Assembly (NCBI RefSeq): GCF_964194025.1
Contig: NC_134472.1
Coordinates: forward strand, 59,892,001 to 59,956,000
Length of the DNA stretch: 64,000 nt
Direction of reading: 5' to 3'
From: Convolutriloba macropyga
Taxonomy: Eukaryota
A program made the position numbers and the translations under genes. This document shows positions 35,401-49,292 of this stretch, piece after piece; within the stretch, counting starts at the first letter, position 1, and each line of letters begins with the position of its first letter. Under the pieces are notes generated by a model, which searched no databases, was not told the DNA's origin, and saw only the letters and a list, made by a program, of their open reading frames with translations.

Positions 35401-38400
35401 CTACAAAGAGGAAAATATTGTCGGAAGTCACAAAGTTGTTTGACCCACTCGGATGGTTGTCACCAACAACAATTCAGTTGAAATCCTTCTTGCAAATATT
35501 TTGGATGGACATGTTGACCTGGGACAAAACCCTATTGTTAAATATCCTAGAACAATACGGAAGATTTGAACTTCAGCTCAAAGAACTGGAGAAGATCAAA
35601 CTTGAACGACGAGTTTTTGCAGCACCTTTTTCGTCATCTTTGGAGCTTCATGTGTTTTGTGACGCCTCAACCACAGCCTATGCCGCAGTTAACGACGTGC
35701 GAGAGCAAATGGACGACCGGGTGCACACACAACTGCTGACAGCCAAAACATGCGTTGCCCCAATCAAAACTTTATGTGTCCCACGTTTAGAACTCTGTGC
35801 AGCAGTTCTTGGAGGACAATTGTCTCAAGCAGTGAAAGAAGCTATCAATGACAGCCATTTTCCCAACCCCAAAGACCGATTCACAAGTGACCCTCGCTTG
35901 GATTAAAGACATCTCCAGGAAATGGAAGACTTTCGTTGTTAACCGAGTTGCCTAGAATCAGAGGAGCATCATTCCTTCAGAAAATTGGAAGTTTGTTCCA
36001 ACAGAAGACAATCCAGCTGATTGCGCACCACGAGGAACTTCAGCCGACAAACTTTTTAATCACCAACTTTGGTGGAAAGGACCCGATTGGTTGGGTCAAG
36101 ACGAGCAGTTTTGGCCTTCATTGGATGTTACACCTGTCTGTAACGCCTCAACTGACGCTTTAGTCGAAGTAAACTCATCAGCCTAACTATCTCTAGTAGT
36201 GCAGCATCAGAAGCAAGACAACAGATTATTAAATCTTATCAGCAGACAGTCTTCAATGTATCGACTTGTAAGAGTGTTCGCTGACGTCAAACTATCCACT
36301 CAACGACTACAATCAAGAATAAAGAGAAGGTCAAGCAGCAATCACAGTCAGTCGCTACCTGAAATTGATCTTTCAAATACGTATCAAAAACCAACACCAA
36401 AAGCGTTTTCCAACAAAGAGCCGCACAGAAATCTTTAACCAAAGTCTACTGACAACGACCAAGATGATCAGCGTCTACAACACACGATGAAACCTCGAGA
36501 CCAGTCTTTAAACAATTTCCCAGAAAAATTGTTCGTAAACAGCAGAAAAACCCATGCGAAGATTCGGGTCTCTCCAGCAACAATCAAGACGCATCTCATC
36601 TGCATATTATCTGCTATCGAAACGATTCCCAACAACCACAGCCCCTTCTTCAGAGCAGCCATAAAGACCAATCCCTACAGTCAAACATTCATCACCGCAG
36701 TCAAAAAGCAGAAGATTTGTGCCCGCAGCCCCCTCTTCCTGTCGATCACACAAAGGAAGAGCAATCAAAACAATGGTTGATAAGACTTCAACAAACAACC
36801 ACTGAAATCCAGTCAATGCCGACAGAATTGGTTCCACCATCCAGCAATCTCCTTTCAACACCAGACGATAATCATGAATTGTGCAGCTTTCTTAATCCAA
36901 ATGAACAGCATCTGCACTTCAAAAAACAACGTCTTGATGAAAGGCAACAAATACATTAGATATCAATGGAGGACAAATCACAGAACGAATCTGTTCATGA
37001 GCTACAGACGGATTTATCAGCAAGTCTTTCATTGCCGCCAACAAGCCTTATATCAACAGTTAAGAAGAAGAAGCAACACATCACAGCAAAAAGACAAATT
37101 GGTGTTTGTCATCAATTTTCCCCATCAAATATCCGCTCAGCGAGAATAGCCCTTTACAGCATCATGCAACAGCTCTTTCTGCCAGAATTCAGGTTTATAA
37201 AAGGATCAACAACACCAGAAAACTCAACTTCAAACCTACCAGTTGAGTCATCCAGCAAGCGTATCAAGAAAAACAGTCATCTACTCAGCCTCTCCCCATT
37301 CTTCGGCAAAGACGACGACGTCATCCGCGTTGGTGGTCGTCTTGCAAATTCCCCGTTTAGCGTGGACAAAAAGATCCCCATAATAATTCCAAAAACATCT
37401 CCACTAGCCGAGTTACTCATCCGAGAAAGTCATTTGAGAAACCTTCACAGTGGACTCCAGATGACCTTTTTTGCCCTCCGACAAACAGTTTGGATTACTG
37501 GAGGAATTGCCAGTGTTCAGAGAGTCATTCACAAATGCAAGCCCTGCATACGATTTGACGCCCGCATACGCCAGCCATTAATGGGAGATCTGCCAGCAGA
37601 ACGAATAGTTGAATCTTTTGCCTTCCAATTCACTGAGATGGACTATTGCGAACCGTTTTACACCAAAGATTCTTCACAGAAACTGCAAAAATCATACGCA
37701 GCTATATTCATCTGTTTCACCACAAAGGCGATACACTTAGAGCCAGTGGAAAATCTAAACAAAGAAGATTGCCCCGATGCCCTCAAGTGATTCACCGAAA
37801 GACGCGGTACTCCGCAAGCAATTTATAGTGAAAATTCGACAACGTTAATTGGAGCCCGAGGAGAACTCGAATTCAGACGACTTCTTCAAGATGAAGAGTT
37901 CAAGGAGCTCATTAACAATTTTGCGGGCCAAAACCACATCGATTGGTTTACAATACCACCCAGGACGCCACATTTTAGAGGAATGTGGGAAGCAGCTGTT
38001 AAATCTATGAAGCGCCATCTTTACAGAACGGTTGGATTGACTAAGATATCAACTAGTGCTTTCATAAATCTCCTGACACAAATTGAGGTTATCCTCAATT
38101 CTCGTCCTCTAACAGCACCATCAACCGACATCAATGATCCTCTAGCTTTAAACCCTGGACATTTTGTCATCGAAAGAACACCTCACAGCTATACCCGAGC
38201 CATCTTCACCAAAGAACAACGCCTTGTCGCGACATTGGAGGAATATAGACAAAATAATTCGTCAGTTCTGGAAGAAATGGAGTGTCGAATACTTATCTTC
38301 ATTGCAGCAGCGGAACAAATGGAGGACAGAAAACGTACAACCAGCAGCGGACGATATTGTGATCATCAAAGAAGATAACACTACCCCAATGTGTTGGCCG

Positions 38401-38547
38401 CTTGATCGTATAATACAGACATTCGACGGTAATGACAACATTGTTCGTGTTGTTCAAGTGAAAACACAAACTGGAGTTTACATCAGAACAGTCAGTCGCC
38501 TCATACCCCTTCATCGAGAAGAATCAAAAGATCGTGGAGCAGAATAA
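32492..38547 (+). pseudogene. BEL/Pao gag-pol polyprotein (gag, Zn knuckles, protease, RT, RNase H, integrase) with stops and frameshifts
   Basis: KLPKLELPNFCGD (BEL gag), CECCDENH..C and CFNCL..EH knuckles, ILESGSQ protease, YLPHHCV/VVFDAS/MYVDDL RT, LHVFCDAS RNase H, IRVGGRL/GDLP/MWEAAVKSMK/WKKWSVEYL integrase. Confidence 0.95.
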
Positions 38548-38781
38548 AGGATCAAACTTTGAGAGACACGCGAAGATTTTCAATTGTTTTGATCACACCT
38601 TCGACAATATCTACAGAATCAGTTTTGTATGAAATTGATAACATTTCTGACAATTTTCACAAAAACCAAGTTGTCAGTTTCAACAAAATCATCTTCTTTG
38701 TATCCTCAACTGTACTCGCAAGATAATAATAAAGGAAGCCCACAGATGTCACAATTGAACGAGTTCAAGGAGGCCGGGAAA

Positions 38782-38983
38782 TGTTCAAGGTCAAAAGAAC
38801 TTTCAAGGTCTCAACAAAATTTTAATCAAGAATTACCACGTGCCCTAACAAAGTCACAAGAATTGTAACTTTCAAAACAACAAGTTTGTTTCAATTTGGA
38901 TTCAAAAAGCTATACATAAGCGAAAAAAGCGTTGAATCAGAGCTTCGTTGGTAATCGAATATATTCAAATGAACTTGTTTTCA
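38782..38983 (+). repeat. BEL/Pao 3' LTR
   Basis: TGTTCAAGG...GTTTTCA, followed by TSD CCTGA. Confidence 0.95.
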
Positions 38984-41290
38984 CCTGATCACGCTTAATT
39001 TATAATCATTCTCATTCACCGCATTATGCGTAAGATCTTCATGAAGTTTTTTTCTCCTCTCATTTTACTCACTCCTATTGCGCTCTTAATATTTCGTTAC
39101 ACTTTCGATGAGAACAAATATAGTTTATCATTTTTTAATATTCTCGACATTGTTTAAACATTTTTTTGTTGTTCAGCACCCAATAGAAGAATTACTATCT
39201 AGATTTAGGTTACATTTTTTTCAAATGTTTCATTTGCTCAGGACAGTTTGAAATTTGTCGTGAAAGTTTTCAGTGCAACGCGATTTTGCGATAAATAGTA
39301 TGAATTTTAGATACTTATGACGCTCATTTCGTCTTTCGGTGCTTAACAGTTTTCCGAGATTCCCTGAAATCGATTAGTAAAACCACAAGGGGTAACAACA
39401 ACCTCTTAGATTATTTGATTATTGTGTTAAATATTTGGGTTATTTTGACCCAAGTGTTGTCCCTGCTAAACGTTATCGAGTCGATTACGATGGGTTGTCT
39501 TAAAAGATTCTGGCAGGATACATCATCTTGCTAGATTTTCTTTCAAAATCTCTCAAGATCTTAAAAGATAACAATTCGCCCATCAACAATAGGCATTCAT
39601 CTTGCAAATCATGTTGCAGCTAAATATAATAATATGATCAAAAAGAATCACAATGAGAGGAGAACGTTGTTTCCAATCGTTTTTTACTGATGGTAAAGAT
39701 TTACCTGCAATGTTGTATCACTTTTGATTTTTTTGAGCGAACTAGAAGTAATCATTTTAAATAGAATATATGTAAATTTGCAAAAAAAATGCCAAACGGG
39801 AAAAAATATGAACTAATTATAGTAACAGAACATTTAGAGTTAAAGAAACGATAAATTTCGGAAAAATCAAGGTATTACTCAACAAACAGCCAATGACAGC
39901 CAATGAGAGCAGAGCTCCACCAGAAAAAAACATGCAAAAATATTTGAAAGTATAGTCATTTTTGCAAGCAATTTGTAATGGAATAAACATCTAGTATTGA
40001 CTAGCCTTGTCCTCCTACTGCTTCTTCGGTTTGACATCATTTTTATTTGGTTTCACATTCAGCCACAAAACTTACATTCGGCTTTTTTGGGCCGATTTGA
40101 CCAAAGCGTGCATAAATGAGACAAAACATCGACAAAATTTTCCAATCTTTTATGTCACTCCTTTCTTCGGTCTTTTTTGCATTCAACTAGCCTGCAGCTA
40201 GATTTCTTCATTTTTTTACTAATGATATATGTCATAGTTCAGAAAATTAATTTTTGTAATATCATATCACGAGTATATTCAAACCAGCTATTTGCTCTTG
40301 TAATCATCAATGAGTAAAATGATGTAAGAATAGGGAGTAAATTAATTTGGGTGATGTAAGATTTGGGGGTAATTTTCTAGGCGGATAAAAATGAAATGAT
40401 TTTAGGGGGAAATTAATTTAAATTAATGGGAAATTGAACAACAATGAAGTTAGTGTGATACATTAAGGAGATATGAGCTATATTAGGCGAAAAATATAAT
40501 CAGATGCAAATTGTATGGACTGACGTAGTTTGGTAAGGCATCAGTGGTTTAGAGGTATAACGCACAGTGGTAATGTTATATGAATGTTTGTTGCAGAAGT
40601 TAAGAGGCGAGTCGGCCTTGAATAGTGTGTCATCCATGAGCGGGGACAATCTATATTGATAAGTCTTTGACTCACCCAATGAGTGGGGAGCTCAAAAATT
40701 AATGCATCATCATACTAGCTGTAACTCAGTGGCGGGTGAAATTTGATTGCCCAAACAATTTTTCCAAGAAGGAAACGAGTGTGATTGCATGGGTGATTGA
40801 ATGGGTTGAACTGATAGCAATGATCGTTTATGAACCAAGATTTTCTAATTAGATAGCTCCAATCAAAAAAAATTTGGTTTACAAAAGATTCAAACTCAAT
40901 TTAAAATTCAAGAAAGGGGTGGGGTGGGTAGCACAATTTAAGAGTTCGAATCTAGTGGGGAGATTTCCTCAAAATTTTTACCCATTGCATCTTAGTGGGT
41001 GTACATTATTGGAGACCCCAAAGGCACGCGCTATTTTTTAACCTAATGATTTATAATGTAATGGCACAGTTTCTGCAAGTGGTGATGCAAAACGTACTGA
41101 GGGGGATCCAAATTGATTTACAAATGTCTTTACAGTTTTGAAACTCCATTAAGTAGTCTAAAAGTCTAATGAACAAAGCACATCTGATATTGAAGTTTGT
41201 AAGACAGAACACGATACACTGATTGTGGAAATGGGTTGGCTGAGACAATAATAAAACCAAAACTTGGTTGCGTTTTACCGCAGCACTCCA

Positions 41291-41322
41291 TTAAGCAGTG
41301 GAAGACAGACCATCCGGTGCCT
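41291..41322 (-). CDS. Candidate terminal exon of gene B
   Basis: Strong acceptor TTGTTTGTTTCAG|, phase 1, reads (E)APDGLSSTA*, resembling the short last exon of gene A (EDGPSNVTSSV*). An alternative candidate lies at 44875-44742. Confidence 0.35.
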
Positions 41323-44039
41323 CTGAAACAAACAACGTTCGCAAAAAAATTGTTTTTATCTTTTTTTGTTCCAATTTTGTAAACGATATCCATTCAAAAA
41401 ACAGGAGTGATAGGATTAGCTAACGCTATTAACAGAACGTAAAACTTCATCGAACACATCGCTAACACAGAATGATTCTACTTTTTGCAATCAGATTCAT
41501 TTAACCCCGCATATCTTGACACCATTTAATTTCACCCCTCTATCAGTTCACCCCGCAAATTAGCAGTCGGCATTAGAGGCATGCTTTCCAATAATTAAAC
41601 GGATAATTTAATCTCGTTCAATTGCAATAACTTTATGTCAATTTCCACTGGCCGCTTTATCAATTCACGTCCAATTGATCACAGTACCAATTGTACAGAA
41701 AAAGTATCTTTTATTTCATGGCATCTTTTTAATTGTGAAGAGCTGCTTATTTCTAGAAAAAACGTAAAACATTGCGTTTTGCTTAGTAAATTTGGCGACT
41801 TCTTGAATCACGAAGTCTCATTTTTTAATTAAACTGCAAGATAATTCGGGGCAAAAGAAGTGAAAACCAAGGATTTCCGGTCAATCTGTCAGTTGAATAT
41901 ATGTATTCGTATAGAAGACGAGGAAGTGAATGTAACGGGCGTTGCCTAATACTAGCGAGAAAAACTAATCAAAAATGCGGGGAAAATATTGCGGAAGCGA
42001 GCCAAAAATATGTGCCCTGAGCCTTTCTTACCTTGCCGCATCAACAAGTCCCAATGTCCACATGGTTCTTGTTTATTAATCTCACAGGACTTTTTAGCTT
42101 TTAGAGGTTCGCCATTACTACTCGTTCATTTTGTCGCCTGCTTACCGTCCTCACATTTAGAGGTTGTAATTGACAAAACCTTAACAATCTAATGAATGGA
42201 CGCCTGACAGAAAATGGTTTGGCGTAGATGCATCTTGTTGTCCAGATGGTTGACGAAGAACTTTTTTAATGACAACAAACTCTTACTCTTGAAACATTTT
42301 CCGCTCCTTTATGATTGAAGCCACTGCCGCAAAACAATCACGCTGCCAATCGTCCATTCAACAGCCGTACCGAAGGGAAGTCCGACAAGCCACAATTGTG
42401 ATGACCAGAAAATATACACAGGAGAACATGAATCACGTTTTGACCAGTCTGGTAAAATGAATCGCTGCGACCGTTATCAAAATGAAGGGACAACAAGGAA
42501 AAGCCTCTGGAAGGTAACGAAGTCGTGCTGAAAGACCTAAATCTCTAAAGCATCCGGCCACTGGGAAGAATTAAGGAGACAGCGCCCAGACGAAATTTCG
42601 AAACAATAATTGTTAAGATAAAAACAATCACATCAAGTACGTTCGCGTTTTTTACAGATGTGCATGTGCTTTATTCCCAAAGTTTTTTATTTGTTATCTT
42701 TATTAGAGTAAACAATTGTGGTTACGGTCACTTGTCCTCAATTTTTCTATAAAAGCAAACGTTTCAACTGACAGACCAATCAAAAATCAATGATTTTCCC
42801 GTTGTCATGCAGAGGAGGTCCAAATTGAAAATAAGCTTGCAACTTCGAGATTTTTGGCTTAGTAAGTTAAAATGCAAAAACGTCAAGACAAAACTCTCTT
42901 TTAGCCGGTACCTTGATTTCAGAGAAAAACAACACTTGACAATGTAAATAGAAACCATAAAAAAGAGACGGAAAACAATTTTGTTGCTCTGAAAAATTTT
43001 TTTTATGAAGATCGATATGTTGCAGAAGACATTGCAAGCTCAGAAAATATGGCTTCGTTTTTAAAAAACCTGCAAAAAAGTTACTAAGTAAAACCCTCTT
43101 TTTTGTTTATTCAAGAAATTTGTTACAAGTGACAAACCATTAGAATCGACCTAGAAGGAGTTGGTTACGCTGAGTCTTTTAGGAAAAAGTTTAATTCACG
43201 AAGTATCATTTCGTATAATTGAAAGGTCATCGGCATCACCAATGTTGATAGTATGAATTGTATAAAGGTTTACATGATTAAATAAGTGAAATGATAGAGG
43301 TGTGAAATAACCGAGGTAAATGAAAGGGGTAAACAAATAGTGGGAGTAGGAAAACTAGGAATTCCGTCAGAGCACTACCGTTCAGGTGTTCTGTTTCAGG
43401 GGCGTTGTTTTTTTCCGACACATTTTTCTGAGTTTGTGAACATTAATAATCTTAATCGATTTCTTGCATGCTTTTTTCTCTTGATTGACAGTTTCCATGT
43501 CAAAAAGATCTATTGTAGTTTTTCTTGCGGGTAAAGTCCAAAACTCTCCGGGATATATTAAAAGATGTGTATATTTTCCATTGCAACAATCTTTTACAAT
43601 TCTAGCCAGAAAAAGTTGACATAAAAAAAATTTTCTATCCAAAAAAAAAGTTTCGCAACAAAACTGATCGATTTACATACGAAACACCAAAAACAGGATT
43701 ATATAACGAAAACAATGAAGGAATGAAATTAAAATTGAAAGACACTTTTTCAAATGTTGACGTCATCATGTAAATCTGATAATGCTTTACTCCAGTATGA
43801 ACTAATCAACTTAAACAGAATTATGTTGATTTAAAAACGTTCAATTTTTTGAGATTTTTCGGAGACTAAGTAGAAGAGAAGAAAACTGGTAGAATTTTCT
43901 TGCTGTTTTTCACTTTATCATCTTTTTTCAAACTCGTGCAACGCTATTTTATAAACTTTCATTTTTTAAGGCGTCAAAAATCATTGATCAGAATTTTCGG
44001 ATAATCGAGGTGTCACAGCCATTCAACGCAAAGTCATGT

Positions 44040-44720
44040 AAGATACGCTGTGAATGCGGAAAATTGTGTAAAATAAGCGGTGAATGCGTTGAAATTACAT
44101 AAATCAGACGATGAAAGCGGTGGAAAAAACCTCTATCGCCTGGTAGCGATGAAATTACATAAATTCACCGCTTAACTTAGTGGTGAACTTACATATATTC
44201 ATCGCTTACAAGATAGTATTAAAATTTTGTGACAACAGCAGTGAATGCGGTGAAACTACATAAACTCACCGCTTAACTTAGTGGTGAAATTACAAAAAAT
44301 TCACCGCTGAGAAAACGCCTCGAATTGTCTTTTGTTCAACCAAGTTAAGATACATTTATTAAAAAACGCACGGAAAATTTACCAAAAATAATCATACATC
44401 TTTGGGAAACTTTTTTAATTGGTGAATTGATGTAATTTTTTCACCAGAATAAGCGGTGAACTTACAAAAAATCACCACATTTCACCGCTAAAACTTATAA
44501 TTTCACCGCTAATCTAATAAGAGTTCAATGCGTATGTTTGGGTTGAAATTCAAAACAAATATTCAAGATTTTAGTGAGGAGTGGCGCAGTGTAAGAAAAA
44601 GGGTTTGACATGCAGGAGGTGAGTGGTTAGAATCCGTGCAAGGACAGAAATTTGCAGTAAGCGGTGAAATATGGTGAATTTCTGTAAGGTCACCGCTTAC
44701 TCTATTGGTGAATACACGTA
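44040..44720. repeat. Degenerate GCGGTGAA/TTCACCGC repeat element(s), MITE-like, with a tRNA-like core
   Basis: More than 12 copies of GCGGTGAA or its reverse complement in both orientations; further copies at ~46625-46700. Confidence 0.6.
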
Positions 44721-45310
44721 AAAAAATTTTCTCAGCTTGTTTTACATATTTTTCCGATATTTTTCTCGACCCGGTTTCTTTGAATTTAGAGCTTTTTTGG
44801 ATGAATAAATAGGAAGAGTTTTGAGAGACAACTCTGATGCTCTATGAAAAAGATCATAGTACTGTACACTTACGACTGAAACAGAGAGCAGAATATATGA
44901 CAGATTTGACCAAAAAGAAACGAAAAAATGCAAAGGCATTCCTTCGAAAAACGTTGGTTTGAGATCATGATCAACACAAAATTTCAGATCGGAGTTACTG
45001 ATAGCGACGAAGCAGTAGACGAGAAAATTTTGTTTACTGTCTAGATATATCAACAACGATTAAGAAATTGTTTCTCAAAAACGATGCGCTTGCAACTTGC
45101 ACTTGCAACTTAGAAGATTGTAATTTAAAAAAATCTCATTTATCTAAAAATTGAAGTTCACTAAGATATGAAAACTTTGCATAATACGCCTTCACATCTT
45201 AGTCTGTGAAAATTTTAAAAAATGATGTTTATGATGTGGTGAAAAATTTTTTCTCGTGTGTGTGATTGGATAAGATTTACATTCTAGTTCCTTACTTGTT
45301 ACCCACGTAC

Positions 45311-45765
45311 CTATTCTCACAGCAACGCTTTCTGTTTGTTCACGTTCTGTGCGTTCTAATTCTGTGTCTGTAGATTCAGGATCCTCCTCCTTCGATTGAA
45401 TTTCACTATCTTCGACTACCGATTCTGTCGAGTGTTTATGATCAGTCTCTACTGTATCTCTAAGTCCTTCGTTGTCTACAATTTGAACGCTTTGTTCGCA
45501 TTGTGAGGACGAAATCGCTACTTCATTGGAATCTGAACCAGGAAAAGTAGCCGGATAGTCCGGCCGGAGAGACCCAAGAGAACTGTTATCATAAGTGTAC
45601 ACCTGAAGGCTCAATCCATCAATGTTTTCGAATTCAGCATTCTGGCCTTCGTTGTTTTCAGCTTGATTGCCACTTGCTGGTTGATGTGAAGTAGGTTGAT
45701 GATTGATTGTTTGAAGTTGATACTCCGTTTCTGGCTGTGAGTCAGCCTTCTTGCCCCTTGTGACT
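45311..45765 (-). CDS. Gene B cytoplasmic exon (acidic, S/T/E/Q-rich)
   Basis: Acceptor AATTTCAG|, 455 nt open, reads VTRGKKADSQPETEYQLQ...VYTYDNSS...ESVAVRI, donor G|GTACGT. Phase 2 to 1 and length similar to gene A exon 6; basic residues follow the TM. Confidence 0.75.
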
Positions 45766-46717
45766 CTGAAATTGGCGCCATCTTAATCACGAGCTATCGC
45801 AATAACCAGTTTCAGAACATCTTTTGCGATGCACGCGTTCTGAAGAATCATTTATTCAAAGGACTCTCACAATTTGTGCAAAATTCTTCTCAAAACTCAG
45901 CAAAATTTCGTTAACAAAAACTTCAGATCTTAAGACCACATGCAACCATAAACTGTTTTATTGCCAGGAAATGTGAAAATGTTATAGGCATTATGATGCA
46001 TGAATTCTCAAAGAATTCCAAAACGTCAGATCAAGTTCTGAGATATCATAATAAACGAATCATTTACGAGAATCTTGGCATTCATAGCAAGATCATGTCA
46101 GAAAATTTGCATGGCCTGCATGGAACCATTTATGTTTCTTGCATATGGTTACCAAGACAACTCAACCTGGCTTCAGTCTTTTTAATTTGTATTTTTTAGA
46201 GGAATTTCAACATTAGTTACCGTTATCTGCGGAGCTTGTGATATCAAACTGCTAGTGAACAGCTTATCATCATGATAGACGCCAGAGCTCGGAAATTTTT
46301 GGAAACTATGAAAGTTAAAGAGTGAAATAAATTTGTTTTCTTACAGCTCAAACTTCACCATACTAACCACTAGATTGTGATATTGCCCCATCCAACATGC
46401 GTTCATGGGATCGATCAAATTCGGCCCTGATCAGGCTTTGCCTCATCCACATTTGCGCGTTTATGACTCGTTAAAGATTTTTGGCTGCGTTATTGCCTCG
46501 ACAAAATAGGTTGGTTTTTGATTTAACCAATAAATCTGGCGCGTTTTTTGGCTCCTTCAAGATTACCTAAGATAAGACTTGAGCATGAAAAACTTTTGGG
46601 AAGCTTTTTGAAACACCCGTCGCGATGAATGCGGTGAAATTTCATAAGAGTTGTGGTTTTTATAATTGAATGCAATGAAAAGTATCACCGCTAAACTCGC
46701 CGCAAATCCTCAGACAA

Positions 46718-49292
46718 TGTAGAATTTAGTATTTATGTTGTTAGAAGGCTTCTAGCTGGGGACTGACTAGCTTCCAAAACCCTATCAAAAATCTGAAAGA
46801 TTTTTTTGGTAGTTCCTCTTGTTGTAGGGAGTCTACTGTGTTGTCCCCAAAAAATGTTGCTTTCTCGGCTGCTTGAAAACTTCACTCTGGATAATTGAAC
46901 TAATAATCAAAATAGGTAATACCGTCAATACATAATGTTATAGCCAGAGACAGTTAATTGAGTAAATTCAACAATCGAAAGGAATTTTTCTATCAAAACT
47001 AATTAATGGTCCACACTAAATCAAACCAATTCAGTCACCCTCTCGGCAAGTATCCAAAAATCTCTACTTCCTATCCGAAACTAAAAATAAGTTCTTCTTC
47101 CCAGTAGCTATGTTACTGGCCAGAAATTTATAATCTTCGCAGCCAACAATATTGAACAACTTTGTAGTTTCACTCACTGCAACTGCGAGACTATGTTCCT
47201 TCGAAAAGAATTCACTAAACAACTACAATTTTCTCACTGTGAGAACCAACTGCTCCACTTGAGCTTTCTATCTCTCTCAATTTTCACTGGCGAACCGCTG
47301 TTCTTCAACTTCGTAAGTTTCTCTGTCTCTCTCTCTCTCAGACTCACTCTCTCGCGTCTGATGGTTTTTCTTGTGCTTACGGGTACTGAACCTTGTCAGT
47401 TTTTTATCAGCAAAACGTTGCATGTCGTTCCTTTTAGAACATTTTGACATAACGTATAAGTGCAAAAGTGGGCATAGAAGTGCAGTCACAAGATGCAATT
47501 TATCTAATAAAAAGAATTTGCCCAATTTGACCAGAATTTCGTGAACAACTTGCTTAGATAAGTTGGGGTTCCACAAAATGTGTGCTTCATGTTCAACACT
47601 TCTACAAGTGCATGCATTCTGTGTATAATATTCGTCAGCGTTAATACCAAAAAACTGAACTATAACTAATTAAGGTTCTTCGTGTTTAAATGTGGTTTCT
47701 GGCGGACTTTTTGACGCTGGTAAGAGTGTTGTTTCTTCCATGAAAGTACATAAAAAAATTAGTTATTGCCTCAGTTTTTGATTGTTTTAAAAGCAAAATA
47801 AACAGCTTTGGCGTAGAGGAAAATGCTCGCTCTTTTTCTCAATGCATATGCAGTTCTCCAAAAATTCACCAGTTAAAATTTGAGGTTGATCGGACTTGAG
47901 GAAGTAAGATTTTCAGGATTTTCGGGGGGTCGCAAAATTTTGGACTCTTATATTTTGAGCAAATTAGTCTATAGCTATCAGAATTCCCTTCAAACAATCT
48001 TTATTTTTTTGTGCTTGCTTCAACTATTTCTTAGCATGAGATCTAACAATTAATTTCTCCATTTTATGTACCTCTATTATCACACTTTATTCATAACTCA
48101 TGATTTCTACTAAAAATTCCGGTTAAACACTTTTTGAAGTGCCAATACGTTAATTACTGACAATTTTTCTTGACAATTTTGATTACTTCTACTGTACAGT
48201 TACCACACTATATTAATGTTCCTTCTCCAGCTCCGGTTTTAAGTAGAAAATTTGGTTTTCTCAAAGTTTCCCTGATTACTTCGACCTGACGAACAAAATT
48301 TGAATATAAGAACTCCAACGATAGTGAAATATTACTCTCACTAGTTCTTCTCATAAGGGATTACCGGACTTGGATCCAATAAACCTATTGCAATACAAAA
48401 ATTAAACAATTTTTCAATTCATTCCTTTTCTTTTCATTTCGTCATGCATGTCCGTCCAACCACCTTTCTGATCCATTTAATTGCGTTTTGATACCAAATC
48501 CGTCTTGTTATTCCACAATGAAACGAAAAACCTGCCAAACTGCACTATAAAATATTCATTTTAGGTTATCAAGATTCTTTTTTCCTGCCATTCGCAATTT
48601 AAAAACAATTGGTAAATTTAATTTTTACCATACAGTACGCTTTAATTTTTCATACAATAAAGTTAGTGACCAAAATTTTCTTCTTTTTATTGTTCTTTAC
48701 TTTCCATACTAGGTATTACCATTAGGCGCAAACAAACATTCTTTTTTGGAAAAATGCAATAAATTCGGCCGACAAATCCTTCAAAGCAAATCTTTTGTTT
48801 GTTTCACTTTTTATGCACTAATTTTTCCTAGTTAACATACCCATTATATTTTTCCTGTAAACACTAAACAGTAACTCCGAACTTGTAGCTACTTATAGGA
48901 AATAAATACTCACTTTTTCTTTACCAAAATGGCTTTTAGATAGTGCAATTTTGGGGTTTGGGGAAATCATAAATTTATACCATTGCTTTTCCTAAGCACT
49001 TCCATTTTTTTCTGCTATAATCATACTTTGTTACTTTCCTTCAATAACCTCTGAGATTCGTTCTGACTATTTCTGACAACTTGATCACTCTGCAAAGCTA
49101 GTCTCTCTCTTTTGTTTACTTACCGAACAATTAATCAATTCGCTCCAACTTACGTCCCTGAAGTTAGTTCCATTTGTTTAAACAGCCAAAATGCTCAAGA
49201 TTAGATTCTGAACTCTTCAAACTAATTAACCACCCAATATCGAAGCTTCAATGTTATGTAAGTTCAATGATTTGAAGTATAAATTCCCCGCT
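46718..49292 (-). repeat. 3' LTR (~2.6 kb) of gag-only element
   Basis: Colinear diverged direct repeat of 55754-58384. PPT-like tract at 49293-49302 (-). Confidence 0.82.

Larger units (their letters stand above)
31633..38983 (+). mobile_element. BEL/Pao LTR retrotransposon, near full length, inactivated
   Basis: LTRs 31633-31833 and 38782-38983 (~89% identical, TG..CA). 5-bp TSD CCTGA (31628-31632, 38984-38988), PBS TGGTCCGCCGAC, PPT AAGGAGGCCGGGAAA, complete gag-pol domain order. Confidence 0.97.
28208..40488 (+). repeat. Tandem duplication of a ~2.6-kb unit (copy 1 28208-30792; copy 2 30793-31632 plus 38984-40488, interrupted by the BEL element)
   Basis: Both copies start AAAACGTAAAAAA(A)CGGTAATTTTTG and end GAGATATGAGCT.TATTAGGC. 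Copy 1 has the empty BEL site with a single CCTGA at 29054-29058. Confidence 0.92.

Noticed and set aside
42030-42560. Minus-strand GTAAG donor-like sites suggesting further exons
   Set aside because: In-frame stops occur before any good acceptor in the phases tested.
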